This document shows positions 21,213-33,002 of a DNA stretch of 34,867 bases, in pieces. The notes beneath the pieces are model-generated. The model worked only from the letters and a program-made list of their open reading frames with translations, did no database searches and was not told the DNA's origin. How positions within the stretch are numbered: the first letter of the stretch is position 1; each line of letters starts with the position of its first letter. Origin of the DNA: Octopus bimaculoides (taxonomy: Eukaryota); contig NC_068998.1 of NCBI RefSeq assembly GCF_001194135.2, positions 37,994,315-38,029,181 of the forward strand. Direction: 5' to 3'. The position numbers and the translations under genes are program-made.

Positions 21213-22488
21213 TAAGTACTGGGATCAATTCATTAGACTAAAGACTTCGAGGTGGTGCCCCAGCTTGGCTGCAGTCTGATGACTGGAACAAGTGAAAAGT
21301 AAAGGTAACAGGTAAGAATGCCCTAACGATATTTTCATTCTACAGTATTGCTGTTTTCTGGAATCTCTTTATAGGAATCTGTCTGTTTCTTTACAGATCT
21401 GGCCATTTGTCACTCCTGCATCCATCATCATCCAATGTGTTTTAGCCATCAAGGGGCCAGTGACATCTGGCATTTGTAAGATTTGGGGCTGAGCCCCATG
21501 AGTCAGAGTGTCTGTAGCACTGCATCTCCCTAGAAATCCGGACAAAACGCTTTGCAGCATTTTGTCAATCTTTATGTNNNNNNNNNNNNNNNNNNNNNNN
21601 NNNNNNNNNNNNNNNNNNNNNNNNNNNNNNNNNNNNNNNNNNNNNNNNNNNNNNNNNNNNNNNNNNNNNNNNNNNNNNNNNNNNNNNNNNNNNNNNNNNN
21701 NNNNNNNNNNNNNNNNNNNNNNNNNNNNNNNNNNNNNNNNNNNNNNNNNNNNNNNNNNNNNNNNNNNNNNNNNNNNNNNNNNNNNNNNNNNNNNNNNNNN
21801 NNNNNNNNNNNNNNNNNNNNNNNNNNNNNNNNNNNNNNNNNNNNNNNNNNNNNNNNNNNNNNNNNNNNNNNNNNNNNNNNNNNNNNNNNNNNNNNNNNNN
21901 NNNNNNNNNNNNNNNNNNNNNNNNNNNNNNNNNNNNNNNNNNNNNNNNNNNNNNNNNNNNNNNNNNNNNNNNNNNNNNNNNNNNNNNNNNNNNNNNNNNN
22001 NNNNNNNNNNNNNNNNNNNNNNNNNNNNNNNNNNNNNNNNNNNNNNNNNNNNNNNNNNNNNNNNNNNNNNNNNNNNNNNNNNNNNNNNNNNNNNNNNNNN
22101 NNNNNNNNNNNNNNNNNNNNNNNNNNNNNNNNNNNNNNNNNNNNNNNNNNNNNNNNNNNNNNNNNNNNNNNNNNNNNNNNNNNNNNNNNNNNNNNNNNNN
22201 NNNNNNNNNNNNNNNNNNNNNNNNNNNNNNNNNNNNNNNNNNNNNNNNNNNNNNNNNNNNNNNNNNNNNNNNNNNNNNNNNNNNNNNNNNNNNNNNNNNN
22301 NNNNNNNNNNNNNNNNNNNNNNNNNNNNNNNNNNNNNNNNNNNNNNNNNNNNNNNNNNNNNNNNNNNNNNNNNNNNNNNNNNNNNNNNNNNNNNNNNNNN
22401 NNNNNNNNNNNNNNNNNNNNNNNNNNNNNNNNNNNNNNNNNNNNNNNNNNNNNNNNNNNNNNNNNNNNNNNNNNNNNNNNNNNNNNNN

Positions 22489-22895
22489 GGGCGAAATGCT
22501 TAACAGTATTTCGTCTGCCGTTACATTCTGAGTTCAAATTCCGCTGAGGCCAACTTTGTCTTTCATCCTTTCAAGGTCGATAAATTAAGTACCAGTGACG
22601 CACTGGGGTCGATGTAATCAACTTAATCCCTTTGTCTGTCCTTGTTTGTCCCCTCTATGTTTAGCCCCTTGTGAGCAATAAAGAAATAAGATGTATATTT
22701 TGGCATACTAAATGCATAGTGGCATTTCATCTGTCTTTACATTTTGATTTCAAATTTCATTGAGGTCGACTTTGTCTTTCATCCTTTCAGGTTCAATAAA
22801 GTAAGCACCAGCTGATCACTGGGGTTGATGTAATCAACTTACCCCCGCCTCCCACCTAACATTGCTGGCCTTGTGTCAAAATTTGAAATCAATAT
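22489..22895 (+). mobile_element. Two adjacent SINE family C copies (22489-22690 and about 22700-22895)
   Basis: GGCGAAATGCTTAAC..GAGTTCAAATTCCGC..AAGTACCAG..GGGGTCGATGTAATC. Confidence 0.88.
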
Positions 22896-23635
22896 TAGAT
22901 GATTGACTTACTCTGTCACCACCACCACTACCATCATTGCCACCAGGTCATTGGGTACGGGTGGCAAAGTCTACCCCTTTGTAAATATTCAGACCATATC
23001 TGAAAATAAACTTGATATTCAAAATCCCTTGATTTCACCCCCACACGCACCTGAGAGGGGGATATGTTCAATAAAATCATAATTAACTGATCCTCCTGTA
23101 TTTTCTTTTACCCAAAGCCAGGAAATTTTCAGCACCTTCTTGTGTGTGTGTGTGTGTGCGCACACCTTTTTTGTATTTGTCCCCCACCACTGCTTGATGT
23201 GTTTACATCCCTGTAACTTAGCAGTTTGGCAAAAAGAGACTGATAGAATAAATACTAGGGTTTAAAAAATAAACCCTGGGGTTAATTTGTTTGACTGAAA
23301 CCCTTCAGGGCAGTGCTCCAGCATGACCACAGTCTAATGACTAAAACAGTTAAAAGATAAAAGATATGCAAATGTAGACAATGTAGTTTAACTTCCAAGT
23401 AGCTAGACTAATTTGCATATATTGATCGCAGCATATAAGACAATATCCAATAGTCATAAAGGTAAAAAAAAAAAAGAAGAAAAACTATATGCAAATTAGC
23501 TTATGCACATGTAGAATTAAATCAACACTACTTACATAGTTAAAAGTATGGCTGTGTCATTGAGGAGTTCATCTCAGAAAAATGTGGGTCTGGATTGGAT
23601 TATATTGCTTTAACCCTTTGGCAGTTAATCTAACC

Positions 23636-24001
23636 AGACTTGTTCAGTCCCACTGCGTGGCACCTTGGGTAAGTGTCTCCTGCTATAGCCTCGGGCCGAC
23701 CAAAGCCTTGTGAGTGGATTTGGTAGACGGAAACTGGAAGAAACCCGTCGTATGTGTGTGTGTGTGTGTGTGTGTATGTGTGCATATGTCTGTGCGTCTG
23801 TGTTTGTCCCCCCAACATCTCTTGACAACCAATGGTGGTGTGTTTACGTCCCCATAACTTAGCAGTTCAGCTAAAGAGACCAATGGAATAAGTACTAGGC
23901 TTACAAAGAATAAGTCCTGGGGTCGATTTGCTCGACTAAAGGTGGTGCTCCAGCATGGCTGCAGTCAAATGACTGAAATGAGTAAAAGAGTAAAAGAGTA
24001 A
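23636..24001 (+). mobile_element. SINE family A, near full length (another 3-prime half at about 23150-23362)
   Basis: Collinear with 12540-12885. Confidence 0.88.
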
Positions 24002-24269
24002 AAAAAGAGATAATCCACATGGAAAAGTAGTAAATTTTATTCAATGCAAGAATGGAAAAAGACATAAAGATGTTGATTATAATGATGCTGATCATTATCA
24101 TGATCAAGATGACATAAAATTTATTCAAAGGTGAAAGTTTGTCACAAAGTTTCACCTTATGTGAGTGACATAATATAATGCAGATGATTTCTAAAACGAA
24201 TGAAATAGTGCTGTACATGATTACCACTGACCAGAAATTTTAAGAACTTGTATTTGGGTAGTTCATCTG

Positions 24270-24645
24270 TTGTAAGTGATTGAGCTTTTTCATCCTGATG
24301 GGATACAAGGAGTGCTGGTGCTTGAGATGGCTGTTCAGGTCAAAGATGATATACAAGAGCCAAGGGGCTTTTATCAGAGGGAAAGGTTGGCAGAGGATGA
24401 GAAGGTGCAAGTTGCCCTTTGCATGTTTGATGTCCGATCTCTGCGTCTTGACGTCTGTTATTGTCCATCTTGACCATTCCTTTGATAATGATATGCCAAT
24501 ACTTCGAGTGGTCTTCTTGATTGTTTCACAGGTATTAGGGTCAATAGAGCAGTGGAGGAGAGTGGCCTTCAGCTTATCTCGGAAATGGAATTTGGGGTCT
24601 TTGTGTAGTCTGATGCCTGAAGCCAGTTCTACAAAGAGGAGCTGA
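24270..24645 (-). mobile_element. RTE/BovB-like LINE 3-prime ORF end (decayed)
   Basis: KFHFRDKLKATLLHCSIDPNTCETI resembles the KRYKDTLKASLK..IDP..WE motif, followed by C..LNSHLKHQH zinc-finger-like remnants. Confidence 0.6.
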
Positions 24646-25146
24646 TAAGGAAGACACATTTGAGACACATGTATGATGAACAAGCATCAAAGAAATACAT
24701 ATGTGTATTCTATGCCTCTTTTTCCTTATAATTCCTTAATTTCACAATCAAACACTTAATCGCACCAAATACTATTAATTGCTGTACAAAACCGAGTTGT
24801 CACAATGTATGGAGCAAGGGAAGGAACTCTATTGTGTCTAATTTTTAAACATGTGTAATATCTGTAAAATAACCTGTTATCTTGTAATTCTTTTTCAGTA
24901 AAAACGATTTTCTGTGACTGTAAAAAGATGAGTTTAGAATTATTATTTTATGATGTGCCCATGGATGGAACAAAATTCCTAGTTTTCAGTGCTCCTAAGC
25001 CTTTCTGTCTTGACAAATCCTTTCTGACTCGTTCTAGTTCTCCCCATCATGCTTTTCTTGAAAGCAGCTGAGATAATTGTTACCCCTGTTGGTTCCCATA
25101 TAATTAGTGTCATTTGTGCATCATTAGACATCATAAATGCTTCTTT

Positions 25147-25567
25147 CACACTCTCTTTCTCCGAACCCTCTCTCTCTCTCTCTCTCCTTCTCTCTCTCAC
25201 TCTCTTCTCTCTTCATCTCACTCCCTCTCCATCTCTCTCTTTCACTCTCTCTATCACTCTTCCTTTCTCTCCTCCATCTCTCTCTCTCACTCTTCCTCTC
25301 TCTCTCACTCTTCCTCTCTCTCTCCATCTCTCTCTCTACCTATCTCTGTTTCTCCCTCTCTCTCTCTCATCTTTCTCTCCATCTATCTCTCCTCTCTCTC
25401 CCTCTCCTCTCTCTCCCTCTCCTCTCTCTCCCTCTCCTCTCTCTCCCTCTCCTCCTCTCTCTCCCCTCATCTCCCCTCGTCTAATCTGCCCCTCTCTCCC
25501 TCTCTCCATCTCCCCTCACCTCCCCCTTCTCCCCTTTCTCTCCCTCTCCCCTCCCTCCCTCTTTCTG
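25147..25567. repeat. About 420-bp CT-rich polypyrimidine tract
   Basis: Almost all C/T, with internal CTCTCTCCCTCTC units. Confidence 0.95.
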
Positions 25568-25659
25568 TAATAAGCATTATTATTATTATGTTTTTAAAGG
25601 CAAAGTGCATCCCAGCCTCCCTAAAAGGAACTTAATCAGAGGTTGTTTGAGCAGCATGT

Positions 25660-25850
25660 TTAGCTCTTCCCCTAGCACTCTGTCAGTCCCAGTGATGAGG
25701 GTTCCATTTCAGCTGATCGACAGAGCAGCCTGCTCATGAAATTAACGTACAAGTGACTGAATACTCCACAGACACACATACCCTTAAAGTAGTTGTCAGG
25801 GAGATTCAATGTGACACACTGATTGTGACAAGGCCAGCCCTTTGAAATAC
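25660..25850 (-). mobile_element. SINE family B 3-prime half, decayed (tail fragments also at 11610-11685 plus and 17135-17165 minus)
   Basis: CAGCCTGCTCATGAAATTAAC..CTCCACAGACAC..TGTGACAAGG is the reverse complement of family B. Confidence 0.75.
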
Positions 25851-26098
25851 ATCATCATCGTTTAACATCCGCTTTCCATGCTGGCATGGGTTGGATGGTT
25901 TGACTGAGGACTGGCAAGCCAGGGGGTTGCACTAAACTCCAATCTGATCTGGCAAGGTTTCTACAGCCAGATGCCCTTCCTAATGCCAACCACTCCGAGT
26001 GTATAGTGGGTGCTTTTTACATGCCACCAACACGGGGGCCAGTCAGGTGGCACTGGCATCGACCATGCTCGAATGGTGCTTTTTACATGCCACCGGCA
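25851..26098 (-). mobile_element. Family E short retroposon
   Basis: CATCATCATCGTTTAACATCCGCTTTCCATGCTGGCATGGGTTGG..GATGCCCTTCCTAATGCCAACC..GCTTTTTACATGCCACC. Confidence 0.8.
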
Positions 26099-26759
26099 CA
26101 TATACAACTCATTTCTACCAGCTAACCGGACTGGAGCAACATGAAATAAAGTGTCTTGCTGAAGGATACAATGCACCACCAACAATCAGTCTTAAATGTT
26201 ATGGCTGTGAGTCAGATATCCTAACCACTGAGCCATACACCTTCACAAGCTCTTGGTCTAACAGACTATGTACATCCAGGTTTGTGTTTGTTTTACTTTT
26301 AAGCGATATTTTGATGTTTTTCTAAAAAGCCTTTGTTTTTATAATGTAGAAGAAAGTACTGGAGTCACTTTAATTGACTGATGCTGGTAACTTCCAAGGT
26401 TTTTTGCAACAAGAGACAACAGTTGTATCTTGTTTTTCTTGAAAGCCAGATGAAAGTGTATACTTTTAGTGAGGGTGGTCACTAATTTAAAGTATGAAAG
26501 TGTTCATGACAAAGTCCATTAAATGCGCTTTTGAGGAGCATGTGTAAATGAATATCAGCAGGCAGTTTTTAAACAAAACATTGTAATTTTATTGAATTAG
26601 GAATGAGAGCTGGCATGTTGCTAAAGGTGTAGCTGATTGGCTGGCGTATGCCATAGCACAACTGTACTATGCCGCGACAGCACAAATAGCTTTACTAACT
26701 CACGACAAAGTCTATTACAGTGAGGAGCAGCAAACCCAGGGAATTTTGTCTTTGAAATG

Positions 26760-26806
26760 AGTGTGTGTATGTGTGTGTGTGTGTGTGTGCGCATGTGCGC
26801 GTGTAT

Positions 26807-26844
<38 letters not shown>

Positions 26845-26940
26845 ATACACATACACACACACAGACATACTTATAATATATATATATATAATACACACGT
26901 GTGTGTGTGTGTGTGTGTATGGATATATACTCACACACAC
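26760..26940. repeat. Compound (GT)n/(CA)n/(TA)n microsatellite
   Basis: Directly visible; similar runs at 1-26, 468-605, 4618-4730, 15314-15340, 15533-15568 and 34829-34867. Confidence 0.95.
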
Positions 26941-27089
26941 AACAGTGAATCCACAATGGTGGATTAATTTTCTTTATTTGTGGATAAACAACGCAACCAA
27001 TGGTCTCATGTGACGAGATCTTTACAATTGTTCGAGCTCGTCACTTTGAAATATTACTACTGGTCTCCTTGGGCCTATAATAGAAAGGA

Positions 27090-28000
27090 TTATTATTATT
27101 ATCATTATTATTATTATTGCTCTTTATCACAGGTTTTGTTGGAGCTCCTGGAGTCATGCATGCATAGCGGGTTTGCTACCTGCAGCCTACAATACCATGC
27201 TATCTGTTCTTTCCAACTATCAAATACTCTGCTGATTATTCTGGCAGTGCTAAGGAGGCAAACCCTTTGTAATAGTTTTACTGGGCACTCTATTCCAATT
27301 TCCTTCCTACTCCCTTTGATGCCTTCTGATATTGTTCCCAAGGACCCAACAATAATTGGCACTATCTTCACCTTCTTCATTTTCCATAGCCAGGCTATTT
27401 CGTACTTAAGAGGGTTGTATTTATCTATCTTTTCGCCTTCCTTCTTGACTACTCATGGGTCAAAGGGGCATACAACATCAACTATATAGCATATGTGGTG
27501 CACCTTGTCCACACCACTAGGTCCAGTCTGTCATGTTCTAGCACCTGATCTGTTTGGATTGGGAAATCCCAGAGAATTTTGCTAGTCTCCAACTCCTATT
27601 TTTACCAACAACTTCTGTTGTGNNNNNNNNNNTTTACATAGTTTCCAATGTAGCACTTTTGCTACTTGATCATGTCGCCACAACTTGTAGTGGTTTGGGG
27701 CAAGTTTAGGGCATTCGTTTGTGATAAGGGCAATTGTTTCATCCACTCTATTGCAGATGTGGCACAGCGGAGACACTTGCTCATTCCTAAGGTTGACCCT
27801 ACATTTCGTGGCCAAAGTTTGGTCTTGCGTTGCCAGTATAGTGCTCTCAGTCTCTTTTCTTGTAGTGTTCCTTTCATCAGCTAATCACACCTATTTTTAC
27901 CAACAACTTCTGTTGTGGTTCCATGGAATTGATTGTGTAGTCCCTTCTTGCGTAATACTTCATGTCTTTTTTTGTAATACTTCCTTTGTTTTTCCTTATC
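27090..28000 (-). mobile_element. R4/Dong-clade LINE (restriction-like endonuclease) 3-prime portion with (TAA)n tail
   Basis: CHICNRVDETIALITNEC..RHDQVAKVLHWKLC (zinc knuckle), DLVV..IVDVVCPFD..KEGEKIDKY (RLE), VKIVPIIVGSLGTI..LQRVCLLSTARII; ATT repeats at 27090-27118. Confidence 0.88.
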
Positions 28001-28019
28001 ATTATTATCATTATTACTA

Positions 28020-28225
28020 AGGCGATGAGCTGGCTGAATCATTAGCACACTGGATGAAATACTTAATGGTATTTCACTCATCGCTACATTCTGAGTTCAA
28101 ATTCCACTGAGGTCAACTTTGCCTTTCATCCTTTCAGAGTTGATAAATTAAGTACCAGTGAAATACTGGGGTCGATGTAATCGATTATTCCCCTATAACC
28201 AAATTTCAGGCCTTGTGCCTTTAGT
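28020..28225 (+). mobile_element. SINE family C, CpG-decayed
   Basis: GGCGATGAGCTGGCTGAATCATTAGC..GAGTTCAAATTCC..CAGGCCTTGTGCC. Confidence 0.85.
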
Positions 28226-28235
28226 AAAAGGACAA

Positions 28236-28445
28236 TTATTATTATTTGATGAAAGCTCTCAGCTTCTTTTGCCGGGTAGGATGGAAAGTGTCAGCTGTCC
28301 ACAGCCAGCAGACTACGGTGACACTTGATTATTAGTCATGCTTCAAGAACCATGTGAAGAATTCTTGCAGTTCCAAGCAATGCTCATTTTTGTAGGTGTT
28401 CTACCTTCAGGCTTGCACCAATCTTTTTGAGCCTTACATTTGTAC
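28236..28445 (-). mobile_element. Second R4/Dong-like LINE 3-prime end
   Basis: KIGASLKVEHLQK*ALLGTARILHMVLEA*, followed by a short UTR and a TAA-repeat tail. Confidence 0.72.
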
Positions 28446-28694
28446 CAATCTTTATCATTATTATTATCATTAGCTAGATATTCAGGCTTTACATTGAAAC
28501 TATTAGTTACGCCATAACATGGCTCTTCAGGCAATGTAAGATAAGGTATATTTTTTCCACCTTTATATGTTTATTCCTCAAAGAAGTGAATGGAAGCAAG
28601 ACTGGTGTGTTTGGAAATGGTTTGCTTGATTTATGAGATGTCTATTTTCATTCAGTGTTTACAGATTTCTGTGTCTATATTTGTTTAAACAATT

Positions 28695-29346
28695 CGATAT
28701 ATGTATGTGTACATGTATGTATGTATGTATGTATGTATGTATGTTTATATGTATGTATGTGTTTATGTATGTATGTAGGTAGGTAGGTAGGTAGGTAGGT
28801 AGGTAGGTATGTGCATGTGTATGTATGCATGCATATATGTATGTATGTATGTACATATGCATGTACATATGCATTTGTGTATAGGTATGTATGTGTGTAT
28901 ATATGTATATGTATGTATATATGTATGTATGTATGTACATATGTATGTTTGTATGTATGTATGTATGTATGTATGTATGTATGCATGTATGTTTGTAATG
29001 TAAGTACATATGTATGTACATATGTATGTGTGTGCAGGTCTGTATATGTATGTATGTATGTGTGTACATATGTTGGTGTCTGTGTCTGGTGCAATATATA
29101 TGCATGTGTGTCAGTGTGTCTGTGTGTCTGTTGAGACAGCATTATTCATTTCCATATTATTTCGTTTGTGAGACGTGTGTTTTCATTTGGCTTTCTGTGT
29201 CTGTGTGTTCATTTAAATAGTTTGATGTATGTGTAAGTATTTATCCCCCCACACACACACACGTACATATACATATACATACATATATTTATACATATGT
29301 GTGTGTCTAGCTATCTATCTATCTTTCTATCTATCTATTTATCTAT

Positions 29347-29392
<46 letters not shown>

Positions 29393-29443
29393 GTATATAT
29401 GTATGTATACCTACATACATACATCCATATATACATATATACA

Positions 29444-29490
<47 letters not shown>

Positions 29491-29525
29491 ATATATATAT
29501 ATACATATATATATATACACATATA
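28695..29525. repeat. Compound microsatellite field: (TATG)n, (TAGG)n, (TATC)n, (TA)n
   Basis: Directly visible. Confidence 0.95.
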
Positions 29526-29994
29526 TAAATTTTGTAAATAAAATAATAACTGTTCACCATATACTTAGTATAGCAAATAGTCTAATATTAGGGCATATAA
29601 GCTCCCTTAATGGAAAAACAAGGGCATTTGTACAGGGGCTTATACACCTTAATTTTAGACTATTTTCTATAGTCAATATACAGTAAATGCTTATAATTCT
29701 ATTTACAAAACTTCAATCACTGCTGTTTCCTAATTCTTGCTAAATTCACACATTTCATATTTTTTTCTTATTTGTTTCAGTCATCAGCCATGCTGGAGCA
29801 CCACCTCAAAGAATTTTAGTCAAACTTATCAACCCAGTAATTATTATATTTTTGTAAAGCCTGGTATTTTTTTCAGTCTCTTTTGCCAAACTGCCAACAC
29901 CAGTAATCAAGCAGTGGTGGGGAACAAACACAGACACTAAGACTTCCGTACACAGATGTATGTGTGTATGTGTGTGTGTTTGTATTTGTATATA

Positions 29995-30175
29995 TAGTTC
30001 AAATTTACAGAAAATAAAAGACAAAGACAGGTGAAGGAACAGCAAGCAGGTGTATTAGTTTGATGTTTGGAGAGAATATAAAAGTCTTTGATATTTCAAG
30101 CCTATGCTCTTTGACAGAAAAGATTGAGAGAAAAAAATGTGTAGGGATTAACAGTTCAACACGGTGAAATGACCC
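29995..30175 (-). mobile_element. Second copy of the hammerhead-bearing Penelope-like short element, decayed core
   Basis: Reverse complement reads TCTTTT CTGTCAAA GAGC ATAG GCTT GAAAT ATC AAAGA...TCAAACTAATACACCTGC...TTTTCTGTAAATTTGAACTATATATA. Confidence 0.6.
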
Positions 30176-30884
30176 TATATATATGTATATANNNNNNNNN
30201 NNNNNNNNNNNNNNNNNNNNNNNNNNNNNNNNNNNNNNNNNNNNNNNNNNNNNNNNNNNNNNNNNNNNNNNNNNNNNNNNNNNNNNNNNNNNNNNNNNNN
30301 NNNNNNNNNNNNNNNNNNNNNNNNNNNNNNNNNNNNNNNNNNNNNNNNNNNNNNNNNNNNNNNNNNNNNNNNNNNNNNNNNNNNNNNNNNNNNNNNNNNN
30401 NNNNNNNNNNNNNNNNNNNNNNNNNNNNNNNNNNNNNNNNNNNNNNNNNNNNNNNNNNNNNNNNNNNNNNNNNNNNNNNNNNNNNNNNNNNNNNNNNNNN
30501 NNNNNNNNNNNNNNNNNNNNNNNNNNNNNNNNNNNNNNNNNNNNNNNNNNNNNNNNNNNNNNNNNNNNNNNNNNNNNNNNNNNNNNNNNNNNNNNNNNNN
30601 NNNNNNNNNNNNNNNNNNNNNNNNNNNNNNNNNNNNNNNNNNNNNNNNNNNNNNNNNNNNNNNNNNNNNNNNNNNNNNNNNNNNNNNNNNNNNNNNNNNN
30701 NNNNNNNNNNNNNNNNNNNNNNNNNNNNNNNNNNNNNNNNNNNNNNNNNNNNNNNNNNNNNNNNNNNNNNNNNNNNNNNNNNNNNNNNNNNNNNNNNNNN
30801 NNNNNNNNNNNNNNNNNNNNNNNNNNNNNNNNNNNNNNNNNNNNNNNNNNNNNNNNNNNNNNNNNNNNNNNNNNNNNNNNNNNN

Positions 30885-31275
30885 CAGCGCAATCGTCTCT
30901 CTTGCACGCCACAACTGATGCTTCTAATGTTCAGCTTTTCTCTCAAGATACTTACACTCTGACGGGTATTCACATTGACATTACACATCCAATGGAGCAT
31001 ACTGGCTTCATTCCTTGCGAGCTTACGTATGTCCTCAGCAGTTACAGCCCATGTTTCACTGCCATGTAGCATGGTTGTTCGTACGCATGCGTCATACAGT
31101 CTGCCTTTTACTCTGAGTGAGAGTCCCTTTGTCGCCAGCAGGGGTAAGAGCTCTCTAAACTTTGCCCAGGCTATTCTTATTCTAGCAGCTACACTTTCAG
31201 CGCACCCACCCCCACTACTAACTTGGTCGCCCAGATAGCGGAAGCTATCGACTACCTCTAGTTTTTCACCCTGGA
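30885..31275 (-). mobile_element. RTE-clade LINE RT C-terminal fragment, running into a gap
   Basis: GEKLEVVDSFRYLGDQVSSGGGCAESVAARIRIAWAKFRELLPLL..MLHGSETWAVT..VQERRLR. Confidence 0.92.
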
Positions 31276-32930
31276 AATGTTTATATTTTCAAAATAAGTT
31301 ACCCAATCAAATTCAAATGCTTATCTGTCAAATTGGATTATATCAAATCATATTGCTATGGTATATTACATGTACCATAGCAATTTTATTCAAGTCTTGA
31401 TCACAACTGTTCAACAAACAGGAATGTGAAACTCTGAGTAACAGTTTTTGTGATGTTTTTGCAGCTTTAATAAAAAAGTATATATATGTGCGTGTGTGCA
31501 TGAGTGATGGGCTTCTTTCAGTTTCCATTTACTAAATCCACTCACAAGTCTTTGGTCAGCCCAAGGTTGCAGTAGAAGACACTTGCCCAAGGTACCACAT
31601 AGTGGGATTGAACCTGGACTCATGTGGCTGGGAAGCAAACTTCTTACCATACAGCCACTCCTGCACATATTATTTGAATGTATATTTATGTGTGTAGCCT
31701 GTGTTTATTTACCAATGTTATTTCATCTTAGCTACCAATATACATTTCAATATCTGAAATCTCTTTACTGAGCCCTCTGCTAAAACACTTCCACTTTACT
31801 CACAAAGAAAATCAATAAAACAGTACTTTTCTCTCAGTTAATTTTAAATACAATTTTTACAATTAATTTTGAAATTTTCGCATTGTTATTGAGTATATTG
31901 CAGAAAGAAATAACGTAAATGATACATTGATATTTCACCTGTATTTATATCTCTCTGATTTTTCTTTTCACCTTTAGGGGTCAGTGTACCTGTCTTATGA
32001 TTTTCTCTGTCTCTCTGGGCAGAACTATGATTGAGAGTAGTTCAGCTGCAACCATTATTCCATCTAAAATTTATATATACCAAATGCTACCATTTATTCC
32101 TAAGATGGTGTGAAGTGAGTTAATTTGGTTGCTTTTTGTAGCAGGCCAAGTGACTGTGTAGAGATTCCCACATTGATTCGGTTCATACTGTGTGGTGAGA
32201 AAGGTAATTGTATGGTTCTAAAGATGGTTAGCATATATAGGAGCAGCGTTGTAGAAAGGGCAAGGCTCTTATCAATCACTCCGCTACTCACTGACATCAA
32301 CAGCCAAAACAGTAACGGCAACAACAGCAACAACAACAACACCATCAACAGCAAGACTGTCAACATCAGTAGAGTGAAAATAATAAGAAAAACACAGAAT
32401 TGGAACACTGAACTAAATAGTATCAATCACTTCTTAGTTTATCTATCTATCTATAGACATATATATATATATATATATATATANNNNNNNNNNNNNNNNN
32501 NNNNNNNNNNNNNNNNNNNNNNNNNNNNNNNNNNNNNNNNNNNNNNNNNNNNNNNNNNNNNNNNNNNNNNNNNNNNNNNNNNNNNNNNNNNNNNNNNNNN
32601 NNNNNNNNNNNNNNNNNNNNNNNNNNNNNNNNNNNNNNNNNNNNNNNNNNNNNNNNNNNNNNNNNNNNNNNNNNNNNNNNNNNNNNNNNNNNNNNNNNNN
32701 NNNNNNNNNNNNNNNNNNNNNNNNNNNNNNNNNNNNNNNNNNNNNNNNNNNNNNNNNNNNNNNNNNNNNNNNNNNNNNNNNNNNNNNNNNNNNNNNNNNN
32801 NNNNNNNNNNNNNNNNNNNNNNNNNNNNNNNNNNNNNNNNNNNNNNNNNNNNNGTCACATATTTTTACAGATAAATTCCTCTATTTACATAATATCGAGG
32901 TCTCTTTCTTTCTTTTGTTGTCCTTCCTAT

Positions 32931-32961
<31 letters not shown>

Positions 32962-32966
<5 letters not shown>

Positions 32967-33002
32967 GAAATTTACAGAAAAACAAAAGATGACGACAGGT
33001 GT
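32962..33002 (-). mobile_element. 3-prime stub of the same Penelope-like short element
   Basis: TAGTTGAAATTTACAGAAAAACAAAAGATGACGACAGGTG matches 29995-30035 and likewise abuts a (TA)n run. Confidence 0.55.

Larger units (their letters stand above)
29765..31668 (-). mobile_element. SINE family A halves (29765-29995 and 31485-31668) flanking Penelope-like, gap and RTE insertions
   Basis: Both halves match family A in the same orientation and correct order; that they are one element is inferred. Confidence 0.6.

Noticed and set aside
18433-22547. ORFs of 300+ aa in the supplied track (also 14900-15379, 30156-30962, 32451-32858)
   Set aside because: They consist almost entirely of N-gap codons.
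24979-25200. Minus-strand 73-aa ORF next to the GA tract
   Set aside because: No recognisable homology, no polypyrimidine acceptor, no supporting neighbouring exons.
25049-25635. Long Ser/Leu/Pro-rich ORFs
   Set aside because: Translation of the CT tract; low-complexity artefact.
27596-27917. Direct repeat CTATTTTTACCAACAACTTCTGTTGTG at 27596 and 27891
   Set aside because: One copy ends at a 10-N gap and breaks the LINE's collinearity; most likely a contig-join artefact, not an LTR or TSD.
28659-29686. Multiple 60-155 aa ORFs rich in Y/I/H/T/M/C/V
   Set aside because: Translations of TATG/TA microsatellites.
30090-30097. Apparent compensatory change in hammerhead stem III (ACGT to ATAT)
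   Set aside because: CG to TA is what double methyl-CpG deamination produces, and the catalytic G8 is also lost; not evidence of selection.
32125-32420. Plus-strand ORF with an Asn-rich run and possible splice sites
   Set aside because: The Asn run is a (CAA)n repeat; no recognisable domain and the splice sites could not be linked in frame to anything.
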